Shown here one piece after another: positions 1 through 13,605 of a DNA stretch of 64,000 nt; the stretch's first letter is position 1; every line of letters starts with the position of its first letter. The notes under the pieces were generated by a model. That model did no database searches. It saw only the letters and a list, made by a program, of their open reading frames with translations, and was not told the origin of the DNA. This stretch comes from Gekko japonicus (lineage: Eukaryota). The stretch lies in the NCBI RefSeq assembly GCF_001447785.1, contig NW_015177022.1, positions 916,654-980,653 of the forward strand. The letters are read 5' to 3'. A program made the position numbers and the translations under genes.

Positions 1-280
1 AATATTTATTTCCTTCATTGATACCCCACTTTTGTCCCCCAATAGGGACCTGAAGCAGCTTATGTCATTCTCCTCTCCATTTTATACTCACAGCAACCTT
101 GTGAGGTAGTTAAGGCTTAGTGTGTGTTACTGTCCCGATGTCACCCAGCAAACCTTCATGGCAAAGTGGGAATTTGAACCTGTGTCTCCCAGATCCTACT
201 CAGCAGACTTTCATGGCAGAATGAGGATTTGAACCTGAGTCTCCCAGATCCTGCTCTCACACTAAATACTATGCCACGCT
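1..280 (-). mobile_element. Old MIR/Squam3-like tRNA-derived SINE with an internal partial duplication
   Basis: tttattt tail, cacagcaaccttgtgaggtag core, and B-box-like atttgaacc present twice (the ttcatggca...tttgaacctg..tctcccagatcct segment is duplicated). Confidence 0.7.
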
Positions 281-1727
281 GATTTTCAATAAATGATGCA
301 TTTGTGCCTATTGTAACTGATGTAGCTTGTAGACCTTAGTAGGTTTTTCAGGCATAGAACTACCCTTTTCTTAATGGTAACAGTCACAATTGCTAAACAG
401 CATAAAGAAGGATTTCATCATACTAAAGAGGCCTTGTGCGATAGGCCTAACTTTGTCTTTTGACACATAGACAAGAAGCCTAATGTATTAGTTTTGTAAT
501 TAAGCCTTGTAAATTGTGCATAACAGACCAATTAACTACTTGAGCCAGTCTTTGGAGAGAGAAAGAGAGTGAGTGTGCAATGGAAACGAAGGCATGGAAC
601 ATATTCCCAGCCTGAAATCTGCAAAACTTGGTGTTAGTCTTGGGTTATTTCCAGTGACCTCTTGACTCGCAACTTCCTGCCCCCTGCACAGATTTGGAAC
701 TGGTCAGTCATTTTTGTTTTTGGAAGGCAGAGGAGACAGTTATAATGAATGGTTTTTATTGTGCGATATTTCAAACTCTCTTGACTGTGTTCGGATGGAA
801 TGGAAACGGTTCTACTCTGCATGGTGGCCAAAACAAACACAACATATTCCCCAAACCTGGATGTGTGCTTCACTCAAACTGGCAGTAGTTACAGCTCTGC
901 ACTCAAGCTAGAATTCGGGCTGACAATTCATAGCAGCGTGTGCAGCTGTGTATTGAAGCCAAAACAAATAAGAGGCAATATTAATATATTTATAAAATGA
1001 AGGTAAAAGGTTTTTTTTTAAAAAAAAGATAAGGAAACTTTAATTAGGCTGCAATCTGTATTTTAGAAAACTTTCAAATTGCATGATTATCTTTGCTCCC
1101 CTTCCCCCAGCTCCTTAAATGGGAACGCCTCCACCTCAACTGGTGCCTCTCAAGGAAAATACATTTTTAATGTAGCTCCCTATTGGGTGCTAAACTGTAA
1201 CTGGGAATCAAGGATGTAAAAGTTTAGGGACTACCATGCAGTTGAAAACTTGGCAAACATTTAAGCTGGGCAAACTTTTTGTGAAGCCCCTTGGCAGAAG
1301 CATTCTCTGGACTCTGTTTCCAGTTGCACCAAAGTTTGGTTTTTAAATACCTTCCTTGTGAAGGTCTTGACTGCTGTTTTCTGCCACTACAAATCAATTT
1401 AGCAAAGAGGTCATAGTGCTCAAGCCAAAAAAAGAAACCTCATAATACAACATCAGGTTTTATAGCATTACAGCTATATGTATTAATAATAACTTGAAAT
1501 TTATTGGCACACAAACTCAGTGGGCTTTGCATGCCATAAGGGAGAATCCTGCAACTCCACGGACGCCATGCCCAGCAGCTTAAGACAGTCCTGTATCCCT
1601 GTTGTCTTCCCAGCCTGAAATCTTCACGAACTAATGTATCAATGTAATTCTTCAAGTCCTTTGTCTTCTCTGAGTTTTGCTCAATTAAGTCATGTGAGAA
1701 ATTGAACTCTACCAAGAACCCATTTTT

Positions 1728-1915
1728 GGGGCAGTGATGCTCTGCATTCTTGGTGCGGGGGGGTGGGGGTTGACGGGGACAGTGGAAGAGCTTCTGGAGT
1801 TATGGCCCCACTGGTGGACCTCCTGATGGCACCTGATTTTTGGTCACTGTGTCAGCCGGACTGGATGGGCTATTGGCCTGATCCAACATGGCTTCTCTTA
1901 CAGTCTTGTGTTCTT
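1728..1915 (+). mobile_element. CR1 LINE 3' end (ttcttatg-tail subfamily)
   Basis: ggactggatgggctattggcctgatccaacatggcttctctta...tgttctt; reverse complement of the copies at 40500 and 58552. Confidence 0.75.
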
Positions 1916-2765
1916 AACCACATCTGTTCAAGCTCTGCAAGAATGAATAGGGGGCTTTGTGAATGAATCATACTCATGCTGTCCTCTTTACCATCTGAAG
2001 GTGAGGTTACATGATCAGTGGGAGACTGAGGCACTGATCCATTTATATTTACCACATTTACTTGAAAGGAAGGTGACCCTGAATGTAAGATGACCCCTTT
2101 GAAACAAATTATGCACAAAGAAAAACATTTTACTGGACATAACTGTAACATATGTAAATAAAACAGTAGAAAGTGGCATCAAGTCACTGATGACTTAAAG
2201 TATTCAATGCAAATCTAGGTCCCCCCCCCCCCCACAGGTATTAACTGGATTAATGTCTCTTCCTGTGTTTGGTTTATTGTAAGCTGCTTTTTATATTTGC
2301 AAATAGACAAGATTTTAAAAATTTAAGTTAACCCATTTTCTTTTTTTAAAAAAATTGTTGCTTACATGCAGTAAAAAGTGGGAAAATACATATCCAACCA
2401 AGAAAAAAAAATCATGCACAAGAAACAGTAACCTATAATCTTATATTCTAATAGTGAAGTCAGCATATCTTTGGATGCTTAAATCTGGTGACTGCAGCTG
2501 TGAATAGGGAAGACAGGTCTTTCAACAAACATGAAAAGGGCCCTAGATTTGCAGAAAATTGTGAAATCTTAAAAAAAACACTGGGAAGCTTAAAAAATCT
2601 GAAAATGATATAAGGAACACCTGTAGCTTTAAGCAACTGACTCCCTTGGTGGCTGTCGCTAAGCAACCACAGATTCCAAGCTTGGTTTTTTCAGTAAAAG
2701 GCAGGGAGAGAGGCCAGGCCTACTTTGGCCTTTGAGGGAGGACTCATTGCAGCCAGGCTTGGGCC

Positions 2766-2983
2766 TAGGGTTGCCAGCACCACGTTGGGAAATCCCTGGA
2801 GATTTTGTGGTGGAGCCTGAGAAGGGCAGGGTTTGGAGAAGGAAGAGGCCTCAGCTGAATAGAATGCCATGAAGTTTACCCTCCAGAGCAGCCATTTTCT
2901 CCAGAGGGACAGATCTCTGCTGTGTGGAGTTCAGTTGTAATTCTGGGATAATTCTGGGTCCCATCTGGAGGTTGGCAACCTTA
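2766..2983. mobile_element. ~215-bp non-autonomous hAT (Blackjack-like) MITE
   Basis: Terminal inverted repeats (TIRs) tagggttgcca...tggcaacc; 8-bp TSD-like cttgggcc/cttaggcc; body shared with many other copies in the window. Confidence 0.75.
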
Positions 2984-3081
2984 GGCCTGGAAGCAACCTC
3001 TGGATGACTTGATACCACTTGACTTGCATGACTGAACTAGGCCTGGCTGCTTGCTACTGTTCAACAGCAGCCACCCTATGA

Positions 3082-3300
3082 AAGCCAGTGTGGTTAGAAC
3101 TTCATAGCAGGGTCTGTGAGACCCAGGTTCAAATCCCCACCTTGCTGTGGAAGCTCACTGGGTCATTTTGGACCAGTCATACTTTCAGCCTAACCTACCT
3201 CACAGAGTATTTGTGTGGATAAAAAGGAGGAGAATAATGTAAGCTGCTTTGGTCCCCACTGTGGAGAAAGGTTTATATAAATGAAGTAAATAAATAATAA
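3082..3300 (+). mobile_element. MIR/Squam3-like SINE
   Basis: tRNA-like head (gtggttag...ggttcaaatcccc), cagcctaacctacctcacag core, (taaa)n tail. Confidence 0.75.
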
Positions 3301-5559
3301 CTATTGCTGAAGATGGGAGGCAGATGAAAGGTAGGTTTGGTGAATGGCTGAAAAGGAGAGAATGAGGCAGGGAGAGGATATGGGGATTGCCAAGAAAAGA
3401 GAAAGAGGTTAGGAAGTTCCTAGAAATTTAGGTGGCAGCCTGGGGGGTTGAGGAGGGGAGGGATCTCAGAGGGGTATAATACTACAGACTCTACCCTCCA
3501 AAGCAGCCATTTCCTCCGGGGGAACTAGGGTTGCCAATCTCTAGTTGGGGACTGGAGATCACCCAGAATTGCAACTGCTTTTCAGATGCCAGAGATCAGT
3601 TTCCCTGGAGAAAAACCCTAATCTTGCTTGACCTGTTTTGCATGGGTTGATGTTACTGTGAATGTTTCATATTGTTTTGACTGCTTGAGGTTGCTAATTC
3701 TCGAGCTCAGGCGTTGATATTATTCCCCATAATAAACTTTGCTTCTATTTTCACTCTACCTGGATTCTCAGTATTCCCTCCAAGTTTGTAGATAAACCAA
3801 GCCACTTTGACAAAGATTTCTCTATAGATATTGTGTTGGGTCACTTCCCAGAGTAAGGATGTTTCTCCAAGGAAGGTGTAGAACCTAAACCAGCACCTAC
3901 TTTAGCATAGGGGTTAGAAGCAGCAAAAGAAGAGGTTTTCTTTCCTTATGCTCAGATTCTTTCAGGGTAGATTTTGGCTTGGATTGGAAAGTGGGCGACA
4001 ACACTACCTTGTGTCTAGGGTACACGTGACTTCCTGACCACCCATGGTGACAACACAGACTACAGTGATATCTGTGTTTAAAAACTCACCTCTTACTATT
4101 TTTTTCTAATCGTGGAAGCAGACTGTGTGATTGGCTGTGATTCTTTGCATTGCATACCACATTCTTTCCACAAGTAAATTGCTGGTGTAAACGGTTGCTT
4201 ACACACATCAGCTGACTCTAGTAAAAACTGCACCATTTCTAAAATGGTTTTATGTTATCAACATACCAGGAAACCTTTCTGCATTTGATTATCTCGATCA
4301 GGGTGCTGGCACGAGAGGTTTCTGAATGGCTCCCTCCCCTTTGCTGATGTTGTAATGCTTTATTTCTGTCACTAGATATTGCTATAGTTCTGTGTACCGT
4401 CAGAGAACATAAGCATCAGCTGATAGAACTAAGTTCCCTTAGAAACAGCCGCTCTTGAATTCTTTAGCTATGGTATGGTGGTATTCCTGCTAAAAATCCT
4501 GCTGTCAGGCTGCATTGTTTAAATGACTGGACAACTAGAGGAAACAGACTGTATTAGCCGCGTGTCACTTTAACACTCATGTATAAGAAGGAGTTTCTGC
4601 ACGCTTTTTAAACAAGCACTGTATGACAAGCCATGCACGTATTAAAGGTTCAGGAGCCCGACAATCTTTTTCATCAGGTCATACCAGCCCCTTGAGAAGA
4701 CAACAGTTCATAAAACCCTTTTTTCCAGATTAAGAGGCTTATATGGGTTTTAAAACAAAGAATTATACATTTAAATATTATCATGGCTTGGATTGGATAG
4801 CGGCTGTTAAAAAATAATATTCTCCTGGGTCTGGGGTTTTGTGTTTGCTTTAGTCTTTATTGCCATTTCTATAACCAGTCCCTGCATCTATGTTGTGGTC
4901 CTGGAAAAGGCCGGCTGGTAAGACTCCAAGAGTATCGCTTAAATTAAAACTCCCCAAAACCTGTACAATACTAGAGTTTACAACTAAGAAGCTTTGCCAG
5001 CTCCACATTTGTTTAAAAGTTTCTTACAATCCGTCATGTGTTTGAGAAAGTCAGCAGTGGCCACCCTGAAAGCAGGAGTGGGTTCCTTTCACTGGGTCAC
5101 TGGGCCTGATCCAACCAAACCCTTTGAAGTCCATGACAAGCATTCGCTTAACTTCCCCCCTTGAAATGAATGAACCTATGGAACAGTCTTCTACTGAGTC
5201 AGACCACTGGTCAGTTTGCTCAGTCTGGCTTGCAGTGGTTATGCACAGGAGGAAAGGGTGTTTAATTTTTCTTCTTAACCTTTGCATCATGCTTTCAATC
5301 TCCCAAGCATATCACATCTGTTTTCACAGTTATTGTTCCAACAGCCCTGTAAGGTTGGCTTATGGACACATGTAGTAGTGTTCCTGAAGTGCTGATGAGG
5401 GACTGAGGGAGAGAGACAGTGTCGTGCATTAAGCTCCTAATGAATTTGTGGTGGAGATGAGATTCGAACCTGAGACCTGACAGATCATTTTCTTAGGGAC
5501 AGATGTACAGGGGTTCCTATTTTGCTCTGCATGTTCTTATCAGTCCACTTCTGATGCTG

Positions 5560-5800
5560 TCTTCCGCCAGGGGGTGAAGACTTTTTTTGTTTCATTTGGC
5601 GTTCCCTCCGAGAGCCTTCCTTTCTGCCTGATGTTTTGATTGTTGTTTTTTATGGTTTTGTATGTGTGTTTTAGCTTTGGTTTTGATTGGTTTAGCTTTG
5701 GTTTTTGTTGGTTTTTATTATGTATATTTTAATTCGTGACCCACCTGTATGGCCCTTATGAGGGTAGAAAGGCAGGATATAAATCTTTTGAAATAAATAT
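5560..5800 (+). mobile_element. L2 LINE 3' end fragment
   Basis: T-rich 3'UTR ending ...gaaaggcaggatataaat...aaataaat, an L2/MIR-type terminus. Confidence 0.5.
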
Positions 5801-7249
5801 GTTCACATCTTTCAAATGACTTAACCCTGTTCCCCACCACACACTTCACCAATCTCAGTTTCTGCTAACCGCAGATGCTGTAAGGAAACTTTCAAGTTTC
5901 ATGTAGCATATATGATTTACATTGAACTTCTGTATGCTATCCACTTTGTGTATGTTTGCACCAGGCTTGTATTGTTGCATCAAATAACAAAAAACCTTGG
6001 GACTCCTCCTATTTGCTAACAAGGAAACCTAAAGGGGGGGGGGAACTCCCTTTCCCCACAGTACTCCTTAGTGAAACGTGGAGAGAATCCTTTTGCACTG
6101 TCAGCTGGGTGCCTCCTACAGCCTCCTGTATTTAAAGCACTGAGCTAGCAAACACCCCGAGCCATTTAAGCGATATTAAGATGTTTTCTCCAACCCTTCT
6201 CCCTAGGAAGATGCTCTTTCAAGAGGAATGTTTTCCCCTGAGCATTACATCATGAACTGGTTCAGTTCTCAGAGTATGAAATTGGACCAAATGGTGGACG
6301 AGATCTCCTGGGGAAACATACTTCTGCTGTTAAGTATTCCCACCAGAAAACTTTGCAACCGCTTACATTAATTTCTGTCCACATTTAGCCTTTTGCATTA
6401 TTGCAGCTGAGGAGCTGCTCCCCCCCCCCCAAAAAAAGAGGAAACTTGAACTCTACTTTGTCATAATCACTGCTTTGTCCTTTCTCACATCTTGCTCATT
6501 TAAACCCAAACGAAATAGAATCTTAACATGCTGATGCTGGAAGGTGTGTTCTGTTGGGCGGATAGATGGTTAATGAAATCCCAATTACAAAACGTTCATT
6601 CTTAGGCAATGCTGAGTTTTTCTCTCTCCCCCCCCATTCCTAAGTATTAAGTAGGAGGAAAATCTGGAGCCCTGCAGAGGAGCCATGGATTTGGGTGGAT
6701 TTATGGGACAACCGGCGTTTGATAAATGTGCTGGAACTCATTGACGCCACCTCCTTGTTTGCAAAACAGTTCCACAGGAAAGATTGTGAATAAGAGGAAT
6801 TGCAGAATGTATTTCTGCCCATATGAAATAATGTGTCAAAATGAAAAAAAAGGGGGGGAGGTGGTGCAATTACTTTCAGGATGTGCATTGGAGGAGAGCT
6901 TATACTCCTGCNNNNNNNNNNNNNNNNNNAGTTGCTGTGGCCGTGAGAGCGTCCATGTAGATATGGAGCTTTCCTACCCACAAGGGTTTCCCCTGTTCAC
7001 TTTAATGAATGGGTGCACCCTTTGTGCTTCTAGAGTTATTGTATCCACTGAAAGGAACTGGATGTATGTGTAGAATTTTCATAGGAGCTTTGCATGACAT
7101 CATGAGTTTCAAACACCTTTATTTTAGAAAACCAGCTCTAAAGACCTGAAAGCAAGGTCACTTCACAGGTTCTCTTTTCTTCAGTTCCGATCATCTACTT
7201 GTCCTTTAGGCTTGCAAAAGTTAGAAAGTCCATGTGGTATAATGGTTTA

Positions 7250-8170
7250 TTAATCTATTTATCTTCAACATTTGTATCCCCCCTTGCTGCGCTCATCAAC
7301 AATTGAAACTTAGAGCAGGAAAGAGGGATCATAAAGGAATTCCAGATGAAGCAAAAAAGTCTTTACCCATTGGCTGAAGACAGCAACAGAAGGGGACGGA
7401 TGAGAGAGTTCCAAAGTTTTAGAGCCATGACCAGGAAGGCTCTCCCCCAGCTTGCTACCCACCTAATCTCAGCTGGTGGGGCACCTGAACTGTGGCCTCG
7501 ACTGTAGTCAGTGGTCAGGTAGGTTTGTAAGGGAAGTAGGCAGTCCTTCAGGTATGCTGGTTCCAAGCCATACAGAGCTTCGTAGGTCAACAAGAAGACT
7601 GCCAAGACTGGAGTGATATAGTCCCTACTACCCTCGCCAGTCAGCATCTTGGCTGAAGTATTATGCTGTGATTGAAATTTCTGAACACTCTTCAAGGGCA
7701 GCCCCACACAGAGTACATTGCAGTAATCTAAATGTAACCAGGGTATGCACCAGTGGCCAGATCTTTTCTGCTCAAGAAAGGCCTTAGCTTGCTAACCATT
7801 CAAAGGTGGTAAAAGAAGAAGAAGAGAAGAGATTGGATTTATACCCCACCCTTCACTACCCAAAGGTGTCTCAGAGCGGCTTACAAACTCCTTTCCCTTC
7901 CCCTCCCCACAACAGACACCCTGTGAGGTAGGTGGGGCTGAGAGAGCTCTTGACAGAAACTGCTCTTTTTCAAGAACAGCTCTTATCAGAACTAGGGCTT
8001 GCCCAAGGTCATCCAGCCAGGTGCAAGTGGTGGAGTGGGGAATCAAACCTGGTTCTCCCAGATTAGAGTCCGCGCACTTAACCACTACACCAAACTGGTA
8101 AAAGGCACTCCTGTCCACACCTGCCACCTGCTTATCCAGCTGAAGACCTGGGTCCAAGAGCATCCCCTAA
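7250..8170 (-). mobile_element. L2 LINE ORF2 3' region, interrupted by a Squam3 SINE
   Basis: Minus-strand translations LLDPGLQLDKQV..SAFYQ, YITPVL..LLTYEALYGLEPAYLKDCL and GRAFLVMALKLWNSL are typical L2 ORF2 C-terminal motifs. Confidence 0.8.
7816..8097 (-). mobile_element. Young Squam3-type SINE (gecko-like subfamily, (ttc)n tail)
   Basis: Minus strand starts cagtttggtgtagtggttaag (A box) and ggtttgattcccc (B box), ends ataaatccaatctcttc(ttc)n; flanked by a ggtaaaag direct repeat. Confidence 0.9.
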
Positions 8171-9857
8171 CTACTGGTTAGTGTCGATTAGGTCCTGGGA
8201 GACCAAAATTCAAATCTCTGCTCAGCCTTGAAACTCATTGGGTGACCTTAGGCCCATCTCTTTCTCTCAGCCTAAATCTCCTTACTGGTTTTGAGACTAA
8301 AATGAGGCAGTCTTATGTAGGTCGCTTGAGGTACTTGAAGGAAAGGTAGTATAGAAATGTGAGGTCAGTTCAGTTGCTAGAAAACTCTCCATCATCTGTG
8401 TTGGAATATGCAAGGTCTGCAGTTCACTAACTTGAAGAAGACCTGAAGATCACCCTACAGGGGAACAGCTGAAGGACTGGTAGTTAGCATAGCTAGATTA
8501 GGGACTGCCCACAATTTCAAATCATGTCCTTGCTGTCTCTTGATTGGGTCTTCTGGAGACTTCCTGCTTCTGTAGAGCTTCCTTCTTGTTGTTGTTCCTC
8601 TCACAGCAATTAGGCTAGGCAAGTAAGGTTCTCTCTTTTCTATGTTCTATAACAGCTTGTTCTACTTTAATATACCTACTTATTTTTCTCTAAGCAGTCA
8701 GTGTTCCACTTGCTTTGCATATTTAAACTCTGTCAACAATGAGCAGCCCAATGTAGCATATGACTTGGTATAGGTGTACTCAGAGTTTGTGAGCACTGTT
8801 TCCTGGTGGTTCTATATCAAGTGCAACATCTAAACAGTGTGCTACTAGGCTCCTGTGAGCCTGTGACAGGAAGTGATACCTTCAACCTTGGATTTTCCAT
8901 GCCAACCCTCACTTTCCTCCACAAGGGCGCTGCTCCATTACAGCCATGTGAACTGGTTTGTACAGTAACTTCCTGTAAGGATGCGTAAGTGACATTTATT
9001 TATGTTATTAAATTTTTTTTAGTTGTTACCCGACGGGTCTTATGGTGACTTACAACATTAAAACCAATAAGGTACAACAACATAAAAACAAATTACAAGT
9101 ATAAAATATTAACCTTAAAATATTAAATTATTAAAATGAAGATTCATGGAACACAAGTTCACAGTTAAAACACACACATTCAATAGGACTTTTAAACTCC
9201 CTGGTGCCAATAGCATTGTCTTGGGACGTTCTGCTGTCTCCTTCGAGACACTCCAGGCATTAGCTCATACCTTTACTTATACAAAGAAGTTATTTTAAAT
9301 ATTTTCCCTAAAAACTGCAAGCAAGCTTGGAATGTTCATAACAACTAGAAGACCATTAAACCCAGCTGTTTAAGAGTTTAAAAAAATGTCTGCCAAGAGT
9401 TGCATTCTATTGTGATTTCATGTCGTTTTAAAAAGACCAGGGTGCACGCATTCTTGCCTTGAATCAGATAATGGATTTATCAAGTCTTTACATGGAAAGA
9501 ATGTAAGATGCTAGAGAAAAGGGTCTGAAAGCCCCCTTCCTCTGGCTGCATAATGGATGAATACACCCCACGCTGGAATTTCAGTTATAATCATTAGAAG
9601 AACCAGAAGAGAATCCTGGACCTTGCTTGATCAGGATGCATCTGTTGCTCTTCCACCTTTGATTCCCTGGGTTACTCAAGCAACAAAGAGGGTGAAAAAC
9701 ATGGAATGTATTGTGACTCTTGTGTTGTAACTCTATTATGTATTTTGCCATCGCAGCCTTGCATCACTGGCTGGTGCTCAGACACATACAGCGTAATGGT
9801 GCCATTCCATGTTCAGCTACTCTTACTCTTACATATTTTGTAGATATTCTTACATAT

Positions 9858-10023
9858 TTTGGACAAGAAGAGAGGACTTGGTATCAGGGCAGATATGAGC
9901 CACTGTAGGCTCCCAGAGAAAGATCACATCTGGGCCTGCTTTGGACAAGAAGAGAGGACTTGGTATCAGGGCAGATATGAGCCACTGTAGGCTCCCAGAG
10001 AAAGATCACATCTGGGCCTGCTT
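9858..10023. repeat. Perfect tandem duplication, period 82 bp
   Basis: tttggacaagaagagagg...ctgggcctgc is repeated identically (ggac at 9861 and 9943). Confidence 0.95.
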
Positions 10024-10057
10024 TCTGCCCCACCCACCCAAACATATGACCTGTTGG

Positions 10058-10380
10058 TAAGCTTGCCGAGTCCCCCGCCCCAGAGGCCCGTTCCCCGCCG
10101 CCGGTGGATCGGGCCCCGGGGGAACCCCACCCCGACGTGCACGTCACCCAAAAATGACGCATCCACGCCGGGCACGCTGGAGGCGGGGCCATGGTCATCC
10201 GAGGGAAAACTCTATGGTTTTCCCTCGGATGGTCGTGGCCCCGCCCCCAGCGTGCCTGGTGTGGTCGCGTCACTTTTGAGTGATGTGGATGCGGCGCGTG
10301 CGCACTTTGCGCATGCACACGCACTCCAGCCGCCAGCCGGGAGTCCCCCGCTGTGGCGAAAATCAGACTTGGCAACCCTA
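10058..10380. mobile_element. Young CpG-rich hAT (Blackjack-like) MITE with a central hairpin
   Basis: Perfect 8-bp TSD cctgttgg (10050-10057 and 10381-10388); ends taagcttgcc...ttggcaacccta; ~70-bp inverted arms 10141-10210 and 10217-10286. Confidence 0.9.
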
Positions 10381-12466
10381 CCTGTTGGTAGCATGACTTA
10401 ACCTAATGCTTGCTTATCAAGCTGGGTCTTTATTCAGGGTTCCTGTTGTAGGGTGCATTTTAAAGCAGAGGAGGGCCAAGAGGATCCAATTCATCCATTT
10501 CTCTTTCAGCATGGAAGCCCACAGAGTGGTGGGGAGAAACGGAGGTGAACGTAATTGTTATGTATTGAGCCTAAGCCATCCCTGAATGTGGACCTTGAAC
10601 TGGGTGAGCTTGCTCCCCAAGAACAATAGCTGACCAGGATCCTGGAAATGACTTATAGATAAGCAGTGTAATGTAAATAGCCTATCCTTGGGAGTGTATT
10701 TGTGGGGGGTGTGCTGTTTGCATGCTTTGTAAGCAGGGCTCAAACCCTGCTGGGTGTCCTTGTTGTATTCCTGAAATCACTAAATAAACTAGAGCTGATC
10801 ACTGCAATGTGTCCAGAACCCAGTATTTAACAGTAATGGTAGGATGTCACTGAATTTAGAGCTGAACACCAGTAATGCCTTGCCTGGACAAACAGGGCCT
10901 CTGGAATTTTGTCCTCTGTATAACACCCCTCTTGTTGGCCTTGTTTGGCCTAGGGATAGCACAATTTTCAGTGCATCCCTGTATTTTGTATAACATATAA
11001 TGCTGCACACAGATGGTTAGGACAGTAGTCCCCCTCTAGGTTTTGTAAGTCCTTCAGATAATGTCTGTTGTAACCCTGATTGATTTATTTGATACCGGTG
11101 CAATTGGCAGCAGGGTCTGAAATATAACATAAGCACTTCCTGAGATGTCAGGACTCCAATGTTAGTGGTCTGAACAAGGATGTAATTCATATCTGCAGGT
11201 GCTTATTCTAGTATCAAACACTTTAATAACATCATGCTTGTGGAATTCGGAGCTCCCCCGTGTCTCATTTGTATTCCGATATGCCCACATCTTTCCTATG
11301 TGTGTTTTTCTTTCTTAAGGAGCTCTCATTTCCTTCAATAGGATATGTTTTATTTCATCCTTTTTCCTGCATTTACTCATATTAATGTCACTGCATTCAC
11401 TAGTAATGGCTAGGCTTGGAAATAGCCCGTATATCCATGAAAACACCGGGCCCTGAAATTTAATGCCAGGGATGGTTTATTAAGGAAGAATGGATTGTTA
11501 AATGGGAGCGATGCAGCCCCTGATTCTTGAGACTCTTCTCTGATCTAACACATCAGAAATTGCCCTGTGTACCTTTTACTTGCGGTGTGGTGTGTCCGCT
11601 ACATTTTTGGTTTGGGCTGGAGGGACCCTGGTGCTATTATCTGGAACTCACCCATTCCAAAAGAACAGGAAGTGGATGGTAGCATGGGATGGAAGAAAGC
11701 CAAAATTTATATCCTTCGAAGGCTTGGTTGGGATGGGCTAGTGGAGAGGAATTAGTGGCACTTAGAAAGGCAGAACACAAGAATGGGAAAATAAGATGTC
11801 TTGGATTTGTTCCCAGTTTTTTTTTAATGGGAGTGTTGTGTTAGAGCTGGAGCCAGAAATGGTAGATGTCAAACCTATGCTGAGGTTTCATTTTCCTTTT
11901 GCCACTGATGTAACCTTAAAGCCATAATTTGTTTTATGTCAGTGGACAGGATGGCCTAAAGATGGGAATAGAGGAAAATTGACAATCCATGTTATATCGG
12001 TGGTCTCCAGCTTCTTCAGACTTACTTCAGGACCTACTTTTAACCCCATGTGATACCAGGGCTTAAGCTGCTGTGTCACAGGAAGATGGGGAGCCAGAGG
12101 CTTGGACTGTGGTTTCATGGTGAAGAGCAAGCCAAGAATCGAAACTATGGAGGAATCCTACAGAAAAGAAAATCTGACCCTCAATATACAGCATACATTT
12201 CAACAAACAGGACTAAGCAAAAGCCCTTCTAAAAAAAATCTGCTTTGCCATCTTTTCTGTCTTTTGATAAAACATCGCTCTGACCTCCTCTGGGCAGCCA
12301 TTCTTAAGGTTGGAGCCACAATGGAAAATACCCCCAACCAGGTCAAAGGAGAGTGCACCTCTCCAAGCAATGGCACCACAAGAAAATGTGGTGACGGGAG
12401 CACAGTTGGTATGGGGGTTCATATAGGGAGATGTGGTCCATCAACTGAGATTGCTCCCATGAAAAG

Positions 12467-12670
12467 AAAGTGCCATTGAGTCACAACTGACTCATGGCAA
12501 CTCCATCCGCAGGGCATTCCAGGTAATAGATGAGCAGAGGTGGTTTGCCAGTGTTTTTGTCTGCATAGCAACCCCAGTCTTCATTGGTAGTCTCCCATCT
12601 AAGTATTGACCATGACCAACCCTGCTTAGCTCCCATCTCTGATGAACCCTGGCTAAGTTGGGTTATCTAG
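12467..12670 (-). mobile_element. 5S rRNA-derived SINE (5S-Sauria-like)
   Basis: Reverse complements of 5S box A (gctaagcaggg) and box C (gatgggagac), plus the Sauria-like tail gtcagttgtgactcaatggcacttt. Confidence 0.75.
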
Positions 12671-13140
12671 ACACTTGCTTTCCCCAAAAGCTGTATGTTT
12701 TTGATAGATCCATAGGCAGGATATGTATTTTCTAAATGTATAAGAGAAATTTTTCAGCTGACAACTTGCTGTGCCAATGCGAGCAAAGTTATATCTGTAC
12801 AAAATAATTCTGTACAATTAAACTCATTATAATTATACATGTATGTAAATTCAGATTTTCATAACAGTCCTTTTTTTAGCTTTTGCGTAATTAATTCTTA
12901 TCTTTGTAAGTAGTGAGGAGGATGCATGTGGGGAAAACGGCAGCCCTGCCCTGAGCACTTAAAATTGTACTGAGGTGTGAGGGACCTGGCCACCCAAAAG
13001 AGAGTATGGGCAGCATCTCCATAGCTATTTGCCTGGCATCTGATCTTTTCTGTTTCAGGTACCAGGCCAAGACTCTTCTGTTTAGCCAGGTCTTTGGTTA
13101 ATCTTCTTTTGCTTTATGTTTGTTGGTATGTATTGTATAT

Positions 13141-13605
13141 GGGCCAGTGTGGTACAGTGGTTAGTGTCAGACTAAAACCTGGGGGAACCTAGGTTCTAGG
13201 GTAGCCAGGTATCCACCCAGCCACCAGCAGGGGGTGGGGGTGATGGGGTTGCTGGCTCCAGGTTAGGAAACTCCTGGGGAGCTGGGGGTGGAGCTGGGGG
13301 GGCAGGGACTTCAGTGGGGTATAATGCCATAGAGTCCACCTTCCAAAGTATCAATTTTCTCCAGGGGAACTGATCTCAATAGTATGGAGATGAGCTGTAA
13401 TTCTGGGAGATCCTTAAGTCCCACCTGGAGACTGGCATCCATACCATGCCATGGAAGCTTGCTGGGTGAACTTGGGCCAGTCACACAGTCTTAGCCTAAC
13501 GTCCCTCACAGGGTTGTTGTGAGGATAAACTGGAGGAATGACATGAGCCACTTTGGGTCTCTCTTGGGGTGAAAGGTTGGGTATGAATGAATTAAATAGA
13601 TAAGC
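13141..13605 (+). mobile_element. MIR/Squam3-like SINE interrupted by a hAT MITE (~13197-13442)
   Basis: SINE head 13141-13196, MITE body (ataatgccatagagtccacc...ggaactgatctc), then the SINE resumes at ccatggaagcttgctgggtga. Confidence 0.7.

Noticed and set aside
9858-10023. CRISPR-like or prokaryotic repeat array
   Set aside because: It is only a two-unit tandem duplication with no spacers, and the window is clearly vertebrate DNA.
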